This document shows positions 50,884 through 63,639 of a stretch of 64,000 nucleotides of DNA, piece after piece; the first letter of the stretch is position 1, and each line of letters starts with the position of its first letter. The stretch is from NCBI RefSeq assembly GCF_001194135.2, contig NC_068995.1, positions 32,765,630 through 32,829,629 on the forward strand. The letters are read 5' to 3'. The stretch is from Octopus bimaculoides. Its lineage: Eukaryota. Below the pieces are notes generated by a model. The model did not search any database. It had not been told where the DNA came from and was given only the letters and a program-made list of their open reading frames with translations. A program made the translations under genes and the position numbers.

Positions 50884-51104
50884 ATGTGTGTCTTTGTGTC
50901 TGTGTTTATCCCCACCACCACCACCACTTGACAACTGATGCTGGTGTGTTTATGTCCCCATAACTTAGTAGTTCAGCAAAAGAGACTGATAGAATAAGTA
51001 CCAGGCTTTAAAAAATAAATACTGGGGTTGATTCATTCAACTAAAATTCTTCAAGTCAGTGTCACAGCATAGCCACAGTCTAATAACTGAAATAAGTAAA
51101 AGAT
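50884..51104 (+). mobile_element. Nin/Deu-core SINE 3' half
   Basis: gtgtctgtgtttatcccc...cttgacaactgatgctgg...gatagaataagtacc...gaaataagtaaaaga. Confidence 0.85.
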
Positions 51105-51114
51105 ATATATACTA

Positions 51115-51440
51115 ATACTGGCACTCTGTCAGTTACAACGATGAGGGTTCCAGTTGACCCGATCAATGGAACAGCCTGCTTGTGAAATTAACATGCAAGT
51201 GGCTGGGCACTTCACGGACATGTGTACCTTTAACGTAGTTCTCAGGGAGATTCCACATGACACAAAATGCGACAAGGCTGACCCTTTGAATCACATATAC
51301 AACTCATTGTTGCCAGCTGAGTGAACTGGAGCAATGTGAAATAAAGTGTCTTGCTTAAGGACACATTGCACTGCCAGAAATTGAGCCCATGACCCTATGA
51401 TTGTGAGCCAAACCCTAACCACTAAGCCACACACCTTCAC
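51115..51440 (-). mobile_element. Full-length tRNA-derived SINE (family of 16930)
   Basis: Minus strand starts gaaggtgtgtggcttagtggttaggg; ends gtaactgacagagtgccagtat. Confidence 0.8.
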
Positions 51441-51917
51441 TAAAAGATACATATAAACAAGATTTAATCATTGTTTTCTGGTTGCTTCTATTTACATTAT
51501 CCTTAATATTCCATTGGGATTAATACACAACAGGGCTCCAATCCCTTTCACAATGACTGGCTGTTGTTGCTTTCTGTGGTTTGACTCATCTTGTTTCATA
51601 TCCCACTATCATGCCTATAAGTCTGTTGACTTGTTTGGTTTTTCTACACTGTACACCATTCCAAGCCTTGTATACTTATAGATAGACATTACCATCCTCT
51701 AGCAGAGCCCTTGGATTCACTCATATAGTTTAGCTGGTCTGGTGAAGCTAGGAACCGAGTCAAACATGAACCAGATGCAGGAGTGAAAGCCAAACAAGAT
51801 CCTGGTCAACCTCTAGAGAGGAAGCAATTGCCTCTCCTTGTGAGGCACTATCCCTACTCTTACATCCTAGTCTCTATGTATGAGTGTATGTATGTATATA
51901 TATCTATATCTATATAT

Positions 51918-53255
51918 TAGGGCCGCGGAATTTAAACATTAATTAATCGATTAATTTATTTTAACGATTAAATTTTTATTAATTGGTTTCAAATTTAATT
52001 TTCTACCCATCATTGATTAATGTGCTGAAAGTTGGGAAGCAATAGTAACAACAGTAAAATGGCAGCAGAGAAGAATCAAGTTATGAAATATAAACCTATA
52101 TCAGGTGATTACATGAACATTTTGGATTTAAATTGTTGGCTGACAGTAATATCAAAACTGCTTATAATGTTTATTGCATCTATTGTGACAAATCATTTGC
52201 ATACCATGGATCTAACACATCGCTTACTTACCAACTTCAAAACAAATACTTGCTACAGTATTCGATACCTCAGCTCGCAAAGTCAGCTTCATTTAGTCAG
52301 TCTACAGCAGTGGTGTCATCTACCTCCAAGCATATTACTTTGAGTCAGTTTTATCATCGGTCTGATCATCAGGTGAGTGCTACCATACAACATGACATTA
52401 AAATATCACTTGCAAACTTGATAGCTAATAGTGGTAGACTAATATCAATAGTAGAAGATGATGGTATTGCAAACAGTGCTTCAAAATACTGAATATAAAC
52501 TACCTTGCCGGTGCACTATTGATAAAATGTTGGCTGATATTTATAGCAGCAAAAGAGAAAGTGTTAAAGAAGTAGTGAAAAATTCAAAGGCACTTGCGCT
52601 AACATCTGATTTTTGGACATCCCTAGGTAGTGAAAGTTATAGCGGAATCACCAGCTATTGGTTTGCTGATGACTGGAATTTAATAAGTGTTATTCTTGAA
52701 TGTGTGCATGTTGTTGAATGTCACTATTCTAACAATGTTGCTGAGTTATATAAACAATTTGTAAAAGACTGGGATATAACAAAGATTCAGGTTCTAGTAA
52801 CAAACAATGCACGAAATTTGGTTTCAGCTGTTAAACAAACTGGTTTTGCTTATATTTTGTGTTTGGCTCATTTCCTGCAGTTGAGCATATTGCATGGGTT
52901 TAAAGCCGCAGATACAGAAACATTGTTTGTCAAATGTCGAAAAATCATAGAACATTTTAAACATAGCCCTATCCACACAACTGAATTGCAGAATTGTAGT
53001 GATTCACCATTGTGTAAGCTACATCAAGATGTTCCACCAAGATGGAACAGTATTTTTCTAATGCTGCAGAGTCTGCTGCAGGCCAGAGAAGCAATAACCA
53101 TCTACATGTCAGATGAAGAGAAGCAATATAAGGGTCCAAAACTGTTCGATTCTGATTGGGAAAATATATCAACATTTTAAACTTATTCTGTCAGGCGATG
53201 GTCCTGCTTGGCGGTGAAAAATATGTGTCACATAGCTGTGTATCGCGTTGTTTTT
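51918..53255 (+). pseudogene. hAT transposon relic with BED-finger transposase (ZBED-like), 3'-truncated
   Basis: 5' end TAGGG...ttaatcgattaa; BED motif YCIYCDKSFAYHGSNTSL; PCR.TI, ALTSDFWTS, TNNARNL, CLAHFLQL, LHQDVPPRWNS; frameshifts and stops present. Confidence 0.92.
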
Positions 53256-53281
53256 TCATGCTTGTTTTTGTTTGGATTGAC

Positions 53282-53318
<37 letters not shown>

Positions 53319-53329
53319 GTATGTATTCA

Positions 53330-54085
53330 GATATGAATTAGAAACAGCTTGAGGGATATAAACAATACTGAACACGCGTACACAAGGTGTTTTGCTACTT
53401 TGTGGATAGGCTGTGCTTACAGGCAAAAGAAAATATACTCTCATCAACGCACCTGGTGTTAAAACACTTGGAAGTCATAGATAAGCGTGATAACTCATAT
53501 CAGGTCCCATTCAGGGGCAATAGACATTGAAGTTTCATCATTTTTGTGTCTTGTCTATACTGTGTATCCAAACGAGGCCTGATGCAAGCCAAATCACTGT
53601 CTATGACTATATGCAAAATGGTGTAAGAACTATCTGCTGGTATGTCCCAACATTTCATACCACGTAAAAATTAAAATATGAATTAAAAGCAACTCAAGGG
53701 ATATAAACACATAACTTGTGTATGTGAGTCCGATATTGTTTGAGCTGCTTCAAATTCATATTTAAATTTTTTCCATAGCATGAAACTTTGGAACATATAA
53801 GGAGATGGTTCTTACACCATTTTGCATATAGTCGCAGATAGCAATTTAGCTTGCATTGGACTTCGTTTGGGTATGTGGTATTGATAAGTCACAGAAATGA
53901 TAAAACATCGGTGTCTATCACTCTTGAATGGAACCTGATGCAAGTTATCTCACTTGTCCATGACTTCTAGGTATTTTAACACCAGGCACATTGATGAGAA
54001 TATATTTTCTTATGACTATAAGTGTAGCCTAGCCACAAACTAACAAAACACATACTTTGTGTATGCATGTTTGATATTATATATA
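53330..54085. repeat. ~750-bp fold-back palindromic element
   Basis: 53367-53520 pairs with 53920-54085 and 53560-53700 with 53735-53875; axis near 53715; the outer-left motif atatgaatt...gggatataaaca recurs at 53677. Confidence 0.85.
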
Positions 54086-54324
54086 TACATATATAACACA
54101 AAGGTGAAGTAAAAAAATCAGAGAGCATTAGAGATGACTGCTGAAAAATTTAAGAGCAGATCAGGTGCCTTATTCCTAATATTCCCACTGCTGTCTGTTT
54201 TTGGAGAATGCTATAACCTCTGTCACACAGTGTCTACCAAAGTGGGCTTCAGGGCATTTCATGTCTATTTTGTTGTTGTTTGATTAAATAAACTGTGGCT
54301 GTGGCAACAAGAGAGATGGCTTAA

Positions 54325-54539
54325 CCCTTTGGCATTAAAAACCAGCCACATCTCCCACAAGTATTCTATCTGTTTTGTTTTCACACTGACCAAATCCAAC
54401 CTCTCACACCTACCCTATAATGTCATTCTAAGAATAATCCCATCATCAAAGTTTTGAAGCTACAAGATAATGTGTAATTAATTCAAAATAATATGACTAA
54501 ATAAGTATTATATTTGACAGTAATCTGAATGTTAAAGTG
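54325..54539. mobile_element. TTAA-flanked MITE (family of 29907)
   Basis: TTAA|CCCTTTGGCATT...AATGTTAAAGTG|TTAA; internal caacctctcacacctacc shared with the 29907 copy. Confidence 0.75.
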
Positions 54540-55199
54540 TTAAAGTGCACATAAGCTCAAAGGTGTAAGAAACTTGAATGTTTGGATTTACTGAAGGACA
54601 AAAATGATACTATTGCTGTGTTGATGATAATATTAATGGTGAAGGTGTTGATGAATAACAATGACAATGTTCATACACTGAAAAGAAAAGAATATTACGC
54701 TATTAATAATGATATAAAAAAAACAGCTGAGACTAAAAGCAACTAATCAGTACGTTTGACAGTTCATTTTAAATGATGTCACTTTATCAGGTCAAAAAAA
54801 GATCTTAATAGTCAGTCAATGTTAATTTGTGCATGCATAAATTTATGAGTGTATGTGTAAGAGTAGTTTTGCTTTTTCTTTTTCAAGATAATGACATAAC
54901 CCAACTGACAAGTTTTGTTTGTGAACTAACATACTTTCCAACCCCAAAAGCAGACATTTATTCAATTAACTATCAAGTCAGTAATGTCTATTTTCCTTGT
55001 TAGCTATTTTAAAACAACCTTATCTAGCAATTTAGAAGGAATGTATCTAACCTATTGAGAAATTGGTTTTACTTTGTTCTTTTGTAAACATTGGTATTTT
55101 TCATTTAGTCCTTAAATAAACTTACTGTTTTTTTTTTCATTATATCTCTCAATCCAGTGATAATAAATTTTATTTCTTTTTAAAGTAAATCTTTTGAAA

Positions 55200-55262
55200 T
55201 GTAGTAGTAGTAGTAGTAGTAGTAGCACCAGCACCAGCACCAGCACCAGCACCACCACCAGC

Positions 55263-55295
<33 letters not shown>

Positions 55296-55297
55296 AT
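55200..55297. repeat. (AGT)n(AGCACC)n(ACC)n compound repeat
   Basis: Directly visible. Confidence 0.95.
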
Positions 55298-55508
55298 AAT
55301 TATTAACTACTTCTAATAAACTGCCAAGTCAGCTCTCAATTTCACTATCACCGCTGTCGCCACCACCACCACCATTGATATTACTATAACTCTTATTTTC
55401 AAAGTAATTCTTTCAAAGCAGATATAGAGTTTAATCAAGTAAAACCAGAAGGCTAATCATAAAACCCCTGGGAAAGATATGTCACACAAACAAACCACTG
55501 CAAATACC

Positions 55509-55668
55509 CACTAGTGTAGCTAGAGTGTGTACTGCCTGGGGCAGCCCTTCCGTTTGCTGCCCTTGAACCCGACAAAAAACACATATTGTCTACAGCAGAC
55601 CCAAAATTGGTGCCCCTTTAAAAGTCTGCCTGGGGTGAACCACCCCCACTCCCCAGCTATGCTAGTGC
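55509..55668. mobile_element. Short hAT-like MITE
   Basis: cactagtgtagctag...ccagctatgctagtg imperfect TIRs resembling CAGTGGCGTAGCTAG-type ends; no clear TSD. Confidence 0.45.
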
Positions 55669-55767
55669 AATTACATATCTCTGATCATAACCAGCAACAT
55701 GTAGGATATCTATAAAAGGCTGGTCTTCCTGGAAGATCAACAAATTGTGAGGAGTAGAAAATAAATC

Positions 55768-56110
55768 TATCATCATCATCATCGTCATTTAATGTCTGTC
55801 TTCCATGCTGACATGGGTTTAATGGCTTGACATCAAACTGGCAAGGCCATGGGCTGCACTAGGTTCCATAGTCTGTTTTGGCTTGGTTTCTGCTGCTGGA
55901 TGCCTTTGCTAATGCCAACCACTCCACAGAGTGTACTGGATATACATGGTGCCATCACCAGTGCTTCTTACACAGCACCAACACCAATGCTTTTGACGTA
56001 GCACCAGCACCCACGCCAATGTTCTTTACATGGCACTTTGGTTTTAGGATCACAATTCTGTTGTGGCGAGTGGGTCTCCTTGAGTACAGCAATGCGCCAT
56101 GTCCATCCAG
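55768..56110 (-). mobile_element. RTE 3'-end fragment
   Basis: (CAT)n ttaatgtctgtcttccatgctgacatggg; same extension as 5505-5880. Confidence 0.8.
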
Positions 56111-56645
56111 ATGGTTAGTCGTCTGTTAAGGTTTCAGATAACAAGCAAAGAGGTCAGTAATTCATAACTCATTTAACTCTTAACAGCTCAGGGATAAGTA
56201 GAGCAACACGAGTAATAAGATACTGTTGTAGACAGAAGGTGCATGGTGAAAGTGAAGTATATATTTGCTGAGTTACAATGCAAAGGTAATATGAAAGGTT
56301 GAATGTTAATATCTTGTCAAGTCTGTAGCTTCAACATTAAACTCCTGTCAGCTCAGTTCACTAAAATGAATACAGGTAATATAAATGTAGTATAATTCAC
56401 TGCTATACACAGTGAGAGAATTGTAACATGAATTTTTCTTTGGCTTCAGCTAATTTCAACTCCTTTCTATAATCAGCTTAATGAGACCTAAATTGTAATT
56501 ATAGAAACACTGCTCTTTGGGTGGTTTTCTACTAGTATATGTTGAACTGAAAGATGGAAACAAATAGTGCATAACGTATATTGTATTATACACATTTGTG
56601 AATAACTGAATGAAACTTGAAATATAAAATTGAAAGAAGCCCGTC

Positions 56646-56677
<32 letters not shown>

Positions 56678-57260
56678 NNNNNNNNNNNNNNNNNNNNNNN
56701 NNNNNNNNNNNNNNNNNNNNNNNNNNNNNNNNNNNNNNNNNNNNNNNNNNNNNNNNNNNNNNNNNNNNNNNNNNNNNNNNNNNNNNNNNNNNNNNNNNNN
56801 NNNNNNNNNNNNNNNNNNNNNNNNNNNNNNNNNNNNNNNNNNNNNNNNNNNNNNNNNNNNNNNNNNNNNNNNNNNNNNNNNNNNNNNNNNNNNNNNNNNN
56901 NNNNNNNNNNNNNNNNNNNNNNNNNNNNNNNNNNNNNNNNNNNNNNNNNNNNNNNNNNNNNNNNNNNNNNNNNNNNNNNNNNNNNNNNNNNNNNNNNNNN
57001 NNNNNNNNNNNNNNNNNNNNNNNNNNNNNNNNNNNNNNNNNNNNNNNNNNNNNNNNNNNNNNNNNNNNNNNNNNNNNNNNNNNNNNNNNNNNNNNNNNNN
57101 NNNNNNNNNNNNNNNNNNNNNNNNNNNNNNNNNNNNNNNNNNNNNNNNNNNNNNNNNNNNNNNNNNNNNNNNNNNNNNNNNNNNNNNNNNNNNNNNNNNN
57201 NNNNNNNNNNNNNNNNNNNNNNNNNNNNNNNNNNNNNNNNNNNNNNNNNNNNNNNNNNNN

Positions 57261-57297
<37 letters not shown>

Positions 57298-58454
57298 TGT
57301 GGCAAGCAAAGAAACTGAGGCTAAGAGTGAGAGAGGAAAAGTTATATGGATAGAGAAAGAGAAGGACTAATTGAAATAGGTAGCAGTAAACAAAGAAAAG
57401 ATGAAAAGAACAAGAGAGTAGGGAATAAGATGTTAAAAAACTGATATCTCACAGTGAATTAAAAATACATGCTGTGATTGAAGTCTTCAAGAAAAGAAGC
57501 TAGGAATCTACATTTTGATAAAAATATATTAAAATTGGAATTTGTAAGAATTTGTTTCCTTTTTGTAAAAGTTACATTGTTCAAACTAATTAATATGTAA
57601 TTTTCTTCATTATAGCATGGATGTACCACTTTGGGGTACACCCAAGGTTTTTGGCAGAATAAACTTCTTGACTTTGGCATTCAGACAACTGAATTGAGTT
57701 GAAGTGCAACAAATTATGAATATGGACACAGGAAAAAATATAATTTTCTTCTAATTTAAGCAAGATTTCCTTGTATGTGATCATCATGGCCTCATTGACA
57801 TTTTACTCTCTTAGTGAAGAGTAAACATGAATTCTGTGTTCTTGTTTGTGTCAAGGTGCATGTACTGGTATGACAAACAACATTGAGTCAAAGTTCAACA
57901 ACAAGTTTTTATAATAGTGTTCATACAAAAGTGAATTTGAATAAGTAAAAGTTGTACAAATGTGGTTACATCTTATGTGATTGACACTGAAACAGAAGAG
58001 ACTAAAAAATGCGTCTGCTGCATAATGCAGTAACAGTAAAGGTCAAAAGTGAAGCAAGTTAGCAGTCCTCACTGACTGTGTTTGTTGACAAGTCTAACTG
58101 CTCATGAGCGAGAGTGGTGGAAAAAAAGAGGAAGATCGTTGTCCTTCTGAGGTTTTTATGCTTCCCTAGTGGAAGTGCCATTGCAGCGCCACCAACCAAC
58201 GACAGAAGAGAGAGAGAGAGAGAGAGTGAGAGAGAAAGAGAGAGACAGAATGTTATGCCTGTCAACCAATCAGTTGAGTAGCTTTTTTGGGGGGATATTG
58301 TAGATGAATATGTGCATGTTTAAGAGTGGTACCATCCCAGAAATGGAATTAGTACTCTATTAGGGGTCTCATTTGAGTATTATAGTTGCTGAAGTACTTA
58401 CTGACTCAGGAGAGGTAAGCCAGTTTTTGTAATGCTATATTTGCTATTTTTTGT

Positions 58455-58808
58455 GGCCATGCTGGGGCACCACTTTTGAAGAATCTTTAGTTGAATGAAT
58501 AAATCCCACTACTTTTTTTAAGCCTGGTATTTATGCTATTGATCTGCTAAGTTACAGGGATGTAAATACACTAACACCAGTTGCCAAGTGGTGGTGGGGA
58601 CAAACAGACACAAAAATACACACACATATATATATATATATATACACGAGAGGCTTCTTTCAGTTTCCATCTACCAAATCCACTCACAAGGCTTTGGTTG
58701 GCCTGGGGCTATAAAGAAAACACTTGTCCAAGGTGTCACACTGTGGGACTGAACCCAAAACTATGTGGTTATGATGGAAGCTTCTTACCTCATATCCATG
58801 CCGCACCT
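58455..58808 (-). mobile_element. Nin/Deu-core SINE
   Basis: gtggccatgctgggg tail, core ctaccaaatccactcacaaggctttgg, head gggactgaaccc. Confidence 0.85.
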
Positions 58809-58869
58809 ATGATGATGTTCATTTGTCAAGAGACATACATTCACAGTGTTGCTCATGTTTAGTGGGGAA

Positions 58870-59190
58870 TACAATACTGTTTTCTTGATATGTACAGTGA
58901 ATGCTTGTGGTAATGAAATAAGATTGACATAACTCTCATGGGAGCTTATTTTCAAAGGTTCCTTATAGGTTTTGTCGTAAGATGTCTAGGTTGAAGAGGA
59001 TAATAGTTAGATGTAGAAGGTTGGAGGAATGAAGAGTGGTATTATATTGCATAGGAGTGGGTATTGTTGGCATGCCAGCTAACAGACTGTTAGTGTATAG
59101 GAAGAAGAGTGTAGGGGACAAAATGGAGTACAGTAGAGTCGAGACTATGAGAGTGCAATCTAACAGGAAGTCTCTGGCTAATGACTCAGT
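58870..59190 (-). mobile_element. CR1/L2-group LINE RT fragment
   Basis: ORF 58963..59202 SILSPTLFFLYTNSLL...MQYNTTLHSS resembles QGSILSPTLF.LY.NDL...YADDTTL. Confidence 0.65.
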
Positions 59191-59699
59191 GATGCTATCC
59201 AAATCACAAAGTTTAAGTTAGCATATTTGTTAAAACAAAATATCTGGTTAGTTGACAGAAGAACAAAAATTTACACGGAGTTGAAATACAAAAATATTTC
59301 TTAAATGTTAAAAAAAATGTTGTTGTTGCAATGATGAAAAAAAAAAGCCATTTACACCTAGTGGTTGAGTTTTGTGTCAGCAATAATAGTAGATTGTAGT
59401 AGTCATTGAATTTTGTGGTGTAACCCTTGGCTGTGCCAGTTCCTGTCAAGCCATCCAGCTGCCAGCATGGAATATGGATGTTAAATGTTGGTGATCAGTT
59501 GGCCTTAGCTGTGTTATGACCACTAATCAGTTAACAAACAAACCATCTAGATGTACCCAACCATCTATTAAAGAAAAGGTGCCAAAGACAAAAATTATTA
59601 ATGACATTTCACTATGTCATTTATCTCAAAATGGTAGGCTGTTTTCATCATTTGGGTTTTTAATAAGTTTAAGTATCTGTTGGATCTATTTTGTGTGTC

Positions 59700-59940
59700 A
59701 ATGCCATGTAAAATACACTTGTGTCAGTGTCATGTAAAATGCATTTGTGCTGGTACGATGTAAAAGCACTAATCCAATAGCACATAAAATACAACCAGTA
59801 CACTCTGTAAAGTGGTTGGCATTAGGAAAGGCACCCAGCCATAGAAACCTTACCAAAACAGACAGTTGTAGCTTGGCCAGCTCTTGTCAAACTGTCCAAC
59901 CCATGCCAGCATGGAAAACGGACGTTAAACGATGATGATG
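59700..59940 (+). mobile_element. RTE 3' tail, little diverged at its end
   Basis: cccatgccagcatggaaaacggacgttaaacgatgatgatg. Confidence 0.85.
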
Positions 59941-60929
59941 GCTCAGCTAATGATAAAAACAAGTTTTTAATGTGTTTACTAGAGACTTGATTGATTTGTT
60001 GCTTGCTGATGTAATCAATACTTGGCACGATTTTGTTCAGTATTTACAATTACTTTAACGTCTGAACACAATGAGTTTGGGTTCAATTCCAAAGCAGTAG
60101 GTTGTTTAGGACTCAGCCAATATTCCTGCAGCATATTTAACATAGTGAGTAATAAATACGTAATTAGAAGGCTAGAATGAGTAAAAGTCTGTTTCACGGA
60201 GGAACTGTAATGTGACCAAACATGTCCAGAGTTCTCTCTTGCTTCTGCTGATATGATTAAAATATAGTTAGTCACTGAGCTATTGTTGTCTTTTTCTCAT
60301 CACATAATTATTCCTTATCAGGTATTTTACGCTCCATATATTGAATATACTAATACAAATGTAATCATATATAATATAAAACATCTGATGTATGTAAGAA
60401 AATGCCTCATCATTTTATATTGGAAGAAGAATTTATTAAACTGAGATGAAGCAACTCCCCTACAGACTTATGAAACTGACGAGTGTGTTAGTGGAATTCA
60501 AAATATTCTAAACATTTACACGCTAACTCATTTTCGCAGGTTTTGTTGCTCAGCGAGAAGTTATTATCATGCCAAATGAAATTGAAATGCATCTTATACA
60601 ATACAAATACTGATGCACATGACTTAAGTTTTACTGCTTGAGTGAAAGTTTCCTAATTTAATTATTTTCCCAATATTACGATATAGTCGAAGTTAAGAGA
60701 GAAATACCAATTTACGTACATATTCCGCAATTCATTAATTTTTCTCACAAGCTTTGCCTGTCCAACATTAGCATTCTCGTATACAAATGGCAAGGATGCA
60801 TCGTATTTTTTTCTTTTCTTTCTTGAACTTTGTAGTAGTTCAGGTGTTGGAAATATTGTAGCTTCTTTTCTTGGTGCTAAAATTTAGATTATTTATTATT
60901 TTATGTCTTTACATATTTTACTTTACGTT

Positions 60930-61105
60930 TCCTAATGAATTGGCAAAATCATTAGTATGTCGGGCAAAATACTTGGTGGTAAGTTTGTATCACTCTACAT
61001 TTCTCAATTCAAATCCTGCTGAGGTCAACTTTGCCTCTGTCATCCTTGTGAGGACGATGAAATAAAATACCGGTTAAGTATTAGTGGCAATTTAATCAAC
61101 AAGAA
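60930..61105 (+). mobile_element. Meta-core SINE, diverged
   Basis: gaattggcaaaatcattag...aattcaaatcctgctgaggtcaactttgcctctgtcatcc. Confidence 0.7.
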
Positions 61106-61299
61106 AATAACATACATAAAGAGAATGAAAGAGATGCAGAGACTGAGGATAGTGAGAATAAAAATATAGAACGAATCAAGAAAAAGAAAATCTGAAAATA
61201 AAGAACAAAATAGGGGTCGAAAAGCGAGAGCAGGAAAGAGAAAGAGTAGTAACGATATTAAATTATGGAAAACTGGAAAAAAAAAGTACTTAAATTATG

Positions 61300-62130
61300 T
61301 AACTGAAGGAAAATAGCATAATAATATTCATTTGATGATTTGTTTTGGTTTTCATTTAGAGTAGAGGAGGACCCCATGACCTTCGTAGGGTCTCTCAGGC
61401 GAGGACAGTTGTTGCGGTTGATAGACTTTTTGTAATAAAAGATCGCGAAATAGAATAAATTATTTCTCCTCTTCCTCACAGCGAAATAATTTATTCCGGT
61501 TTGTGAACTTTTGTCCTTTTTGCCGATGCATCTCTAGTTTCCGCGGATTCTTCTATTTCACTTTGAACCTTTCTAAGTTGATGACCCCCTTTAAAAAATG
61601 TGACAACTCTGCATATAAAAAACTGGGAGAAGTGTTTAGAACTGGAATGAAGGTGGTGAAACACAGTAGAGAAGACGGGAAAAGGTGGTGACGAGTACAT
61701 TGAATGGGCTTCAGCGAAGGCGGTGCGTAACTGATTCAAATAGGGCTGAAAGTGACGGAGAAGAAACTGTTTGTAAGCTTACTGATTGCTATGTGAATCT
61801 TTGTCAATTTGATATGGCCTAAGATACTTGTATCCAGTAGGACTCATTCTAAATATGTGAGAAATAACCTTTTGTGTGCAGTATTTGTAAGTTTAGAAGA
61901 CCTGCAACTGTTCAGTGCTGACACTACAGCTTCTGAGATCCCAAAGAAGTCTAGTCTTTGGAATCCAGTAGTGTTGGCAACACTGTTAAATGTCAGGGCC
62001 ACCATACGAGATCAGTAGGTATTGTGAAACGTAGTATTTGTAGTGAGTTTGAGGGATCTGTGTTAGAGAGTGTGTAGAGTTGCAAGGCTGTTTCCATAGT
62101 ATGTGTGGGTCATTGTGTCCTGGTGCAGCT
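61300..62130 (-). mobile_element. Old non-LTR retrotransposon RT relic (I/Jockey-like)
   Basis: Across frames APGHNDPHILWKQ (cf. APG.D.I...LK), TIPTDLVW (cf. IP..W) and KLTNTAHKRLFLTYLE*VLLD (cf. KL.E.II..RL..YLE...LL) appear in RT order. Confidence 0.45.
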
Positions 62131-62260
62131 GAAATTTCATGAAATGATGTCAAACGAAGTTTTCACAAACCGGAATTAAAATACACCAAAAGCAAAATGA
62201 AGAGTAATCTTTTAAAAGAAAACAGTTTAGAGTGAATAAGAGTAAACATGTTACAATTTA

Positions 62261-63153
62261 GGGATCTTTTTTAAAACGGGGGCCACATTTTTCATTAACG
62301 AAACACTTTGAAACTTGGAACACTGGTAGAATGTGTCATATAAAACATCTTTTTCTCTTAGTCTTCTTAAAAAAAAAAAAGAAATCCCTAAGTTATTCCA
62401 TGTAAAAGTTGTCGTATTTCTGTAATTTCAACCAATCACTGACGTCCATTCAGCCGATATACATTAAGTGCCGACTACATAAACAAACGATTCTGAAACA
62501 ATTCTATCGGTGATAGGGTTAAGATTAGGGTTAGGGTTAGGGTAAAACAGCAAATTTAAAAAGAAAAAAGCAAAACGAAGCTATGGAAATTAAATACGCT
62601 TTACACCGCTTAATCAGCCAAAGGAGTAAATATAAACAACTGAATACTTGTCAGTGATTGGTTGAAATTATCGAAATAAGACAATTTTTTACATGAAATN
62701 NNNNNNNNNGTTATTCCATGTAAAAGTTGTCGTATTTCTGTAATTTCAACCAATCACTGACGTCCATTCAGCCGATATACATTAAGTGCCGACTACATAA
62801 ACAAACGATTCTGAAACAATTCTATCGGTGATAGGGTTAAGATTAGGGTTAGGGTTAGGGTAAAACAGCAAATTTAAAAAGAAAAAAGCAAAACGAAGCT
62901 ATGGAAATTAAATACGCTTTACACCGCTTAATCAGCCAAAGGAGTAAATATAAACAACTGAATACTTGTCAGTGATTGGTTGAAATTATCGAAATAAGAC
63001 AATTTTTTACATGAAATAAATTCGAATACAAAAATATTTTTCTGTTCTATAACACAAAATAGATAAGTATACGAAGTTTGAAAGTCTTTCGGTACCAAAA
63101 ACACTACGTAAAACGTTAATGAAAAATGTGGCCCCCGTTTTAAAAAAGATCCC
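62261..63153. mobile_element. Young MITE with perfect 40-bp TIRs, 6-bp TSD and internal (TTAGGG)3
   Basis: AATTTA|GGGATCTTTTTTAAAACGGGGGCCACATTTTTCATTAACG...CGTTAATGAAAAATGTGGCCCCCGTTTTAAAAAAGATCCC|AATTTA; true length about 575 bp after removing the gap-associated duplication. Confidence 0.9.
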
Positions 63154-63639
63154 AATTTAGTGTTTACAGAGAACCAGGAAATGTATATAGGCCTAATTAA
63201 ATAATAGATTAGATGGTGGTAGAAAAGTGATGTACCAGACTACATCCCATACTATGAATTTATTGGTTACTATGCAAAACACCGGTCCAATCGATATAGT
63301 TTCACTATCAAATACTTTCGTTCTTTGAATACAGTACTGAACCAATTATCCGGCTTAGAACCAGAAGTAATTCAGATTTGTAGTTTTTCCAGTTTTCTGG
63401 AAATAGAGCTGCATTGATGTTTTTTCTCCCCCACCACTTTTTTTCTTTTCTTTTGTAAAATGTATTCCTTTTCATATTTCAAATAAAAAAGAATAAATAA
63501 AGCTATAAAAAAGTCTAAATATATACTTAAAATAAACAACTAAAAGGAGAGCTAAAATTTTTTGTTTGTTTTTCCTTTCCTTGTTCCTCTTTTTCCATTT
63601 TTATTTTTGGGTATTAAATAATTTTGATTGCAATGTTGA

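Noticed and set aside
43527-57370. Long ORFs of 130-294 aa in the ORF track
   Set aside because: They consist of X from N gaps plus microsatellite translations.
60015-60275. Minus-strand exon EYWLSPKQPTALELNPNSLCSDVK and its neighbour
   Set aside because: Splice sites are plausible, but the segment overlaps a B-box-like ggttcaattcc and no homology is recognisable.
62392-63017. Perfect 308-bp direct repeat (62392-62699 and 62710-63017)
   Set aside because: Identical copies separated by exactly 10 Ns, the signature of unmerged overlapping contig ends.
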